64,000 nucleotides of DNA. It comes from Amoebidium appalachense. Taxonomy: Eukaryota > Protista > Ichthyosporea. The notes beneath the pieces were generated by a model. The model was not told the DNA's origin, made no database searches, and saw only the letters and a program-made list of their open reading frames with translations. The stretch lies in contig CAVNZM010000001.1 in assembly GCA_963693365.1 (NCBI GenBank), forward strand, positions 8,510,907 through 8,574,906, written 5' to 3'. A program made the position numbers and the translations under genes. Of the stretch, positions 46,938 to 64,000 are shown in pieces. How positions within the stretch are numbered: position 1 is the first letter of the stretch; every line of letters starts with the position of its first letter.

Positions 46938-47087
46938 AGGGATAAGAAAGTGGATGCTGCAGCAGGGAAGATGGCCATTTTCGGGCGCGGGGGAGGAGGG
47001 GGCCCAGGGGAGGGGGGGAGGGGGTTGGAGGCGGTGGGTGTTCTAACCGGTAAACTTCCTGCCTTCACGCACAGACACACCGCCAGT

Positions 47088-56424
<9,337 letters not shown>

Positions 56425-57431
56425 GGTACTTACATCCGTATATGGAGCCATTATGTACACACACACATGAATAATGGGAGATATATGTAGACTCACATAA
56501 AAGCATATGCAGGTCACAAGCACACAGTAAGCTGTATGTGCACACATATGTGTTGATATGTATGTGCTGTTAGTTGTATGCACTGGCACCTACGGCTGGT
56601 TTCCGTGGTGCACTTATACGAAGTTTGCATGCTGTTTAGTTGTATCTTTACCCGCTGGCGGGAGATGTTATCCAGAGAGGTTTGATTTTATTTATATTAC
56701 AGATATACTTGGTTTTATATACTTTATAGAATAGGTTCTGTTATCTGCAGGGGCTAGAGTTTAAAACCTCAACACGGTTACGAGTAACAGGGTAGGTAGT
56801 TTTAAAACTTGTTCATGATCAATTCGATACAATTTGATCGGTGAGGGTGCATACGAACGCGACGGCAGCATAAAAGGTAGACAGACGCACAGGCCTACGT
56901 ATCAGAACAGTAAAATCCAACATATTTACACACTGGTGTGGAAAACTTCAGCATATTCATACACTAATGTGGTATCATATGTTGTCCTTGCCGTTGATTA
57001 CATGTGGTATCGTATGTTGTCCTTGCATGCCATTGTATACATGTTGATACCGTGGTACGTCCTACAAAATCTCATTTTCATCCAGAATTTCAACACGGCA
57101 TTCATGAATTGTTTGCGCTTTCCGTACATTCAAAGAGAAAATCTATAAGCAGATCAGTATACATACTTGGGAACTCGCAATGTGCACACGCGTACACGCA
57201 CACATGTACACACACCCACCCACACATCCACACACCTACACACGCGCGCGCACACAAACACACATGCGCACGCACACACCCGCACGCTTAGAAAAACACA
57301 CCATCGGTACCATGGGCCAAACCCACATTCATGAATTCATCACATCAACACCAACACAACACACCGAACACCAAAACCAGATTCATATCCATACATAGCG
57401 CATCGAGAGCAGAGGTCTAATTAATTAAATT

Positions 57432-64000
<6,569 letters not shown>

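Overview
Eukaryotic, intron-rich genomic DNA with many poly-C/poly-G tracts and (CA)n/(GA)n microsatellites. Most ORFs in the supplied track are microsatellite artefacts. The gene content suggests a unicellular opisthokont, probably a holozoan protist (inference). I reconstructed six spliced genes by hand: eIF5A (-), a BCL7-like BAF subunit (+), DDX47/Rrp3 helicase (-), a 13-exon bacterial-type Orn/Lys/Arg decarboxylase (-), an ERK-like MAPK with a TQY loop (+) and an ANKRD54-like gene (-, runs off the end). There is also a weak orphan gene. Mobile DNA comprises a decayed LINE at 1-1670, a three-level nested insertion at 18965-24248 (Harbinger-like MITE > tRNA-Arg-primed gypsy-like LTR element > half-tRNA-iMet-primed copia-like TRIM, each with its own target-site duplication), and a 5'-truncated Penelope-like RT with many dispersed short repeats beside homopolymer tracts. 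The most novel-looking signal is a ~155-nt structured RNA present as two diverged full copies (32066-32223 and 32880-33032, minus strand). It contains all three hammerhead ribozyme core segments and several compensatorily changing helices, but wired in an order that is not a circular permutation of the canonical hammerhead. Two probable minor-spliceosome (U12-type) introns flank one MAPK exon. All assignments come from reading the sequence by eye; no searches or folding programs were run.
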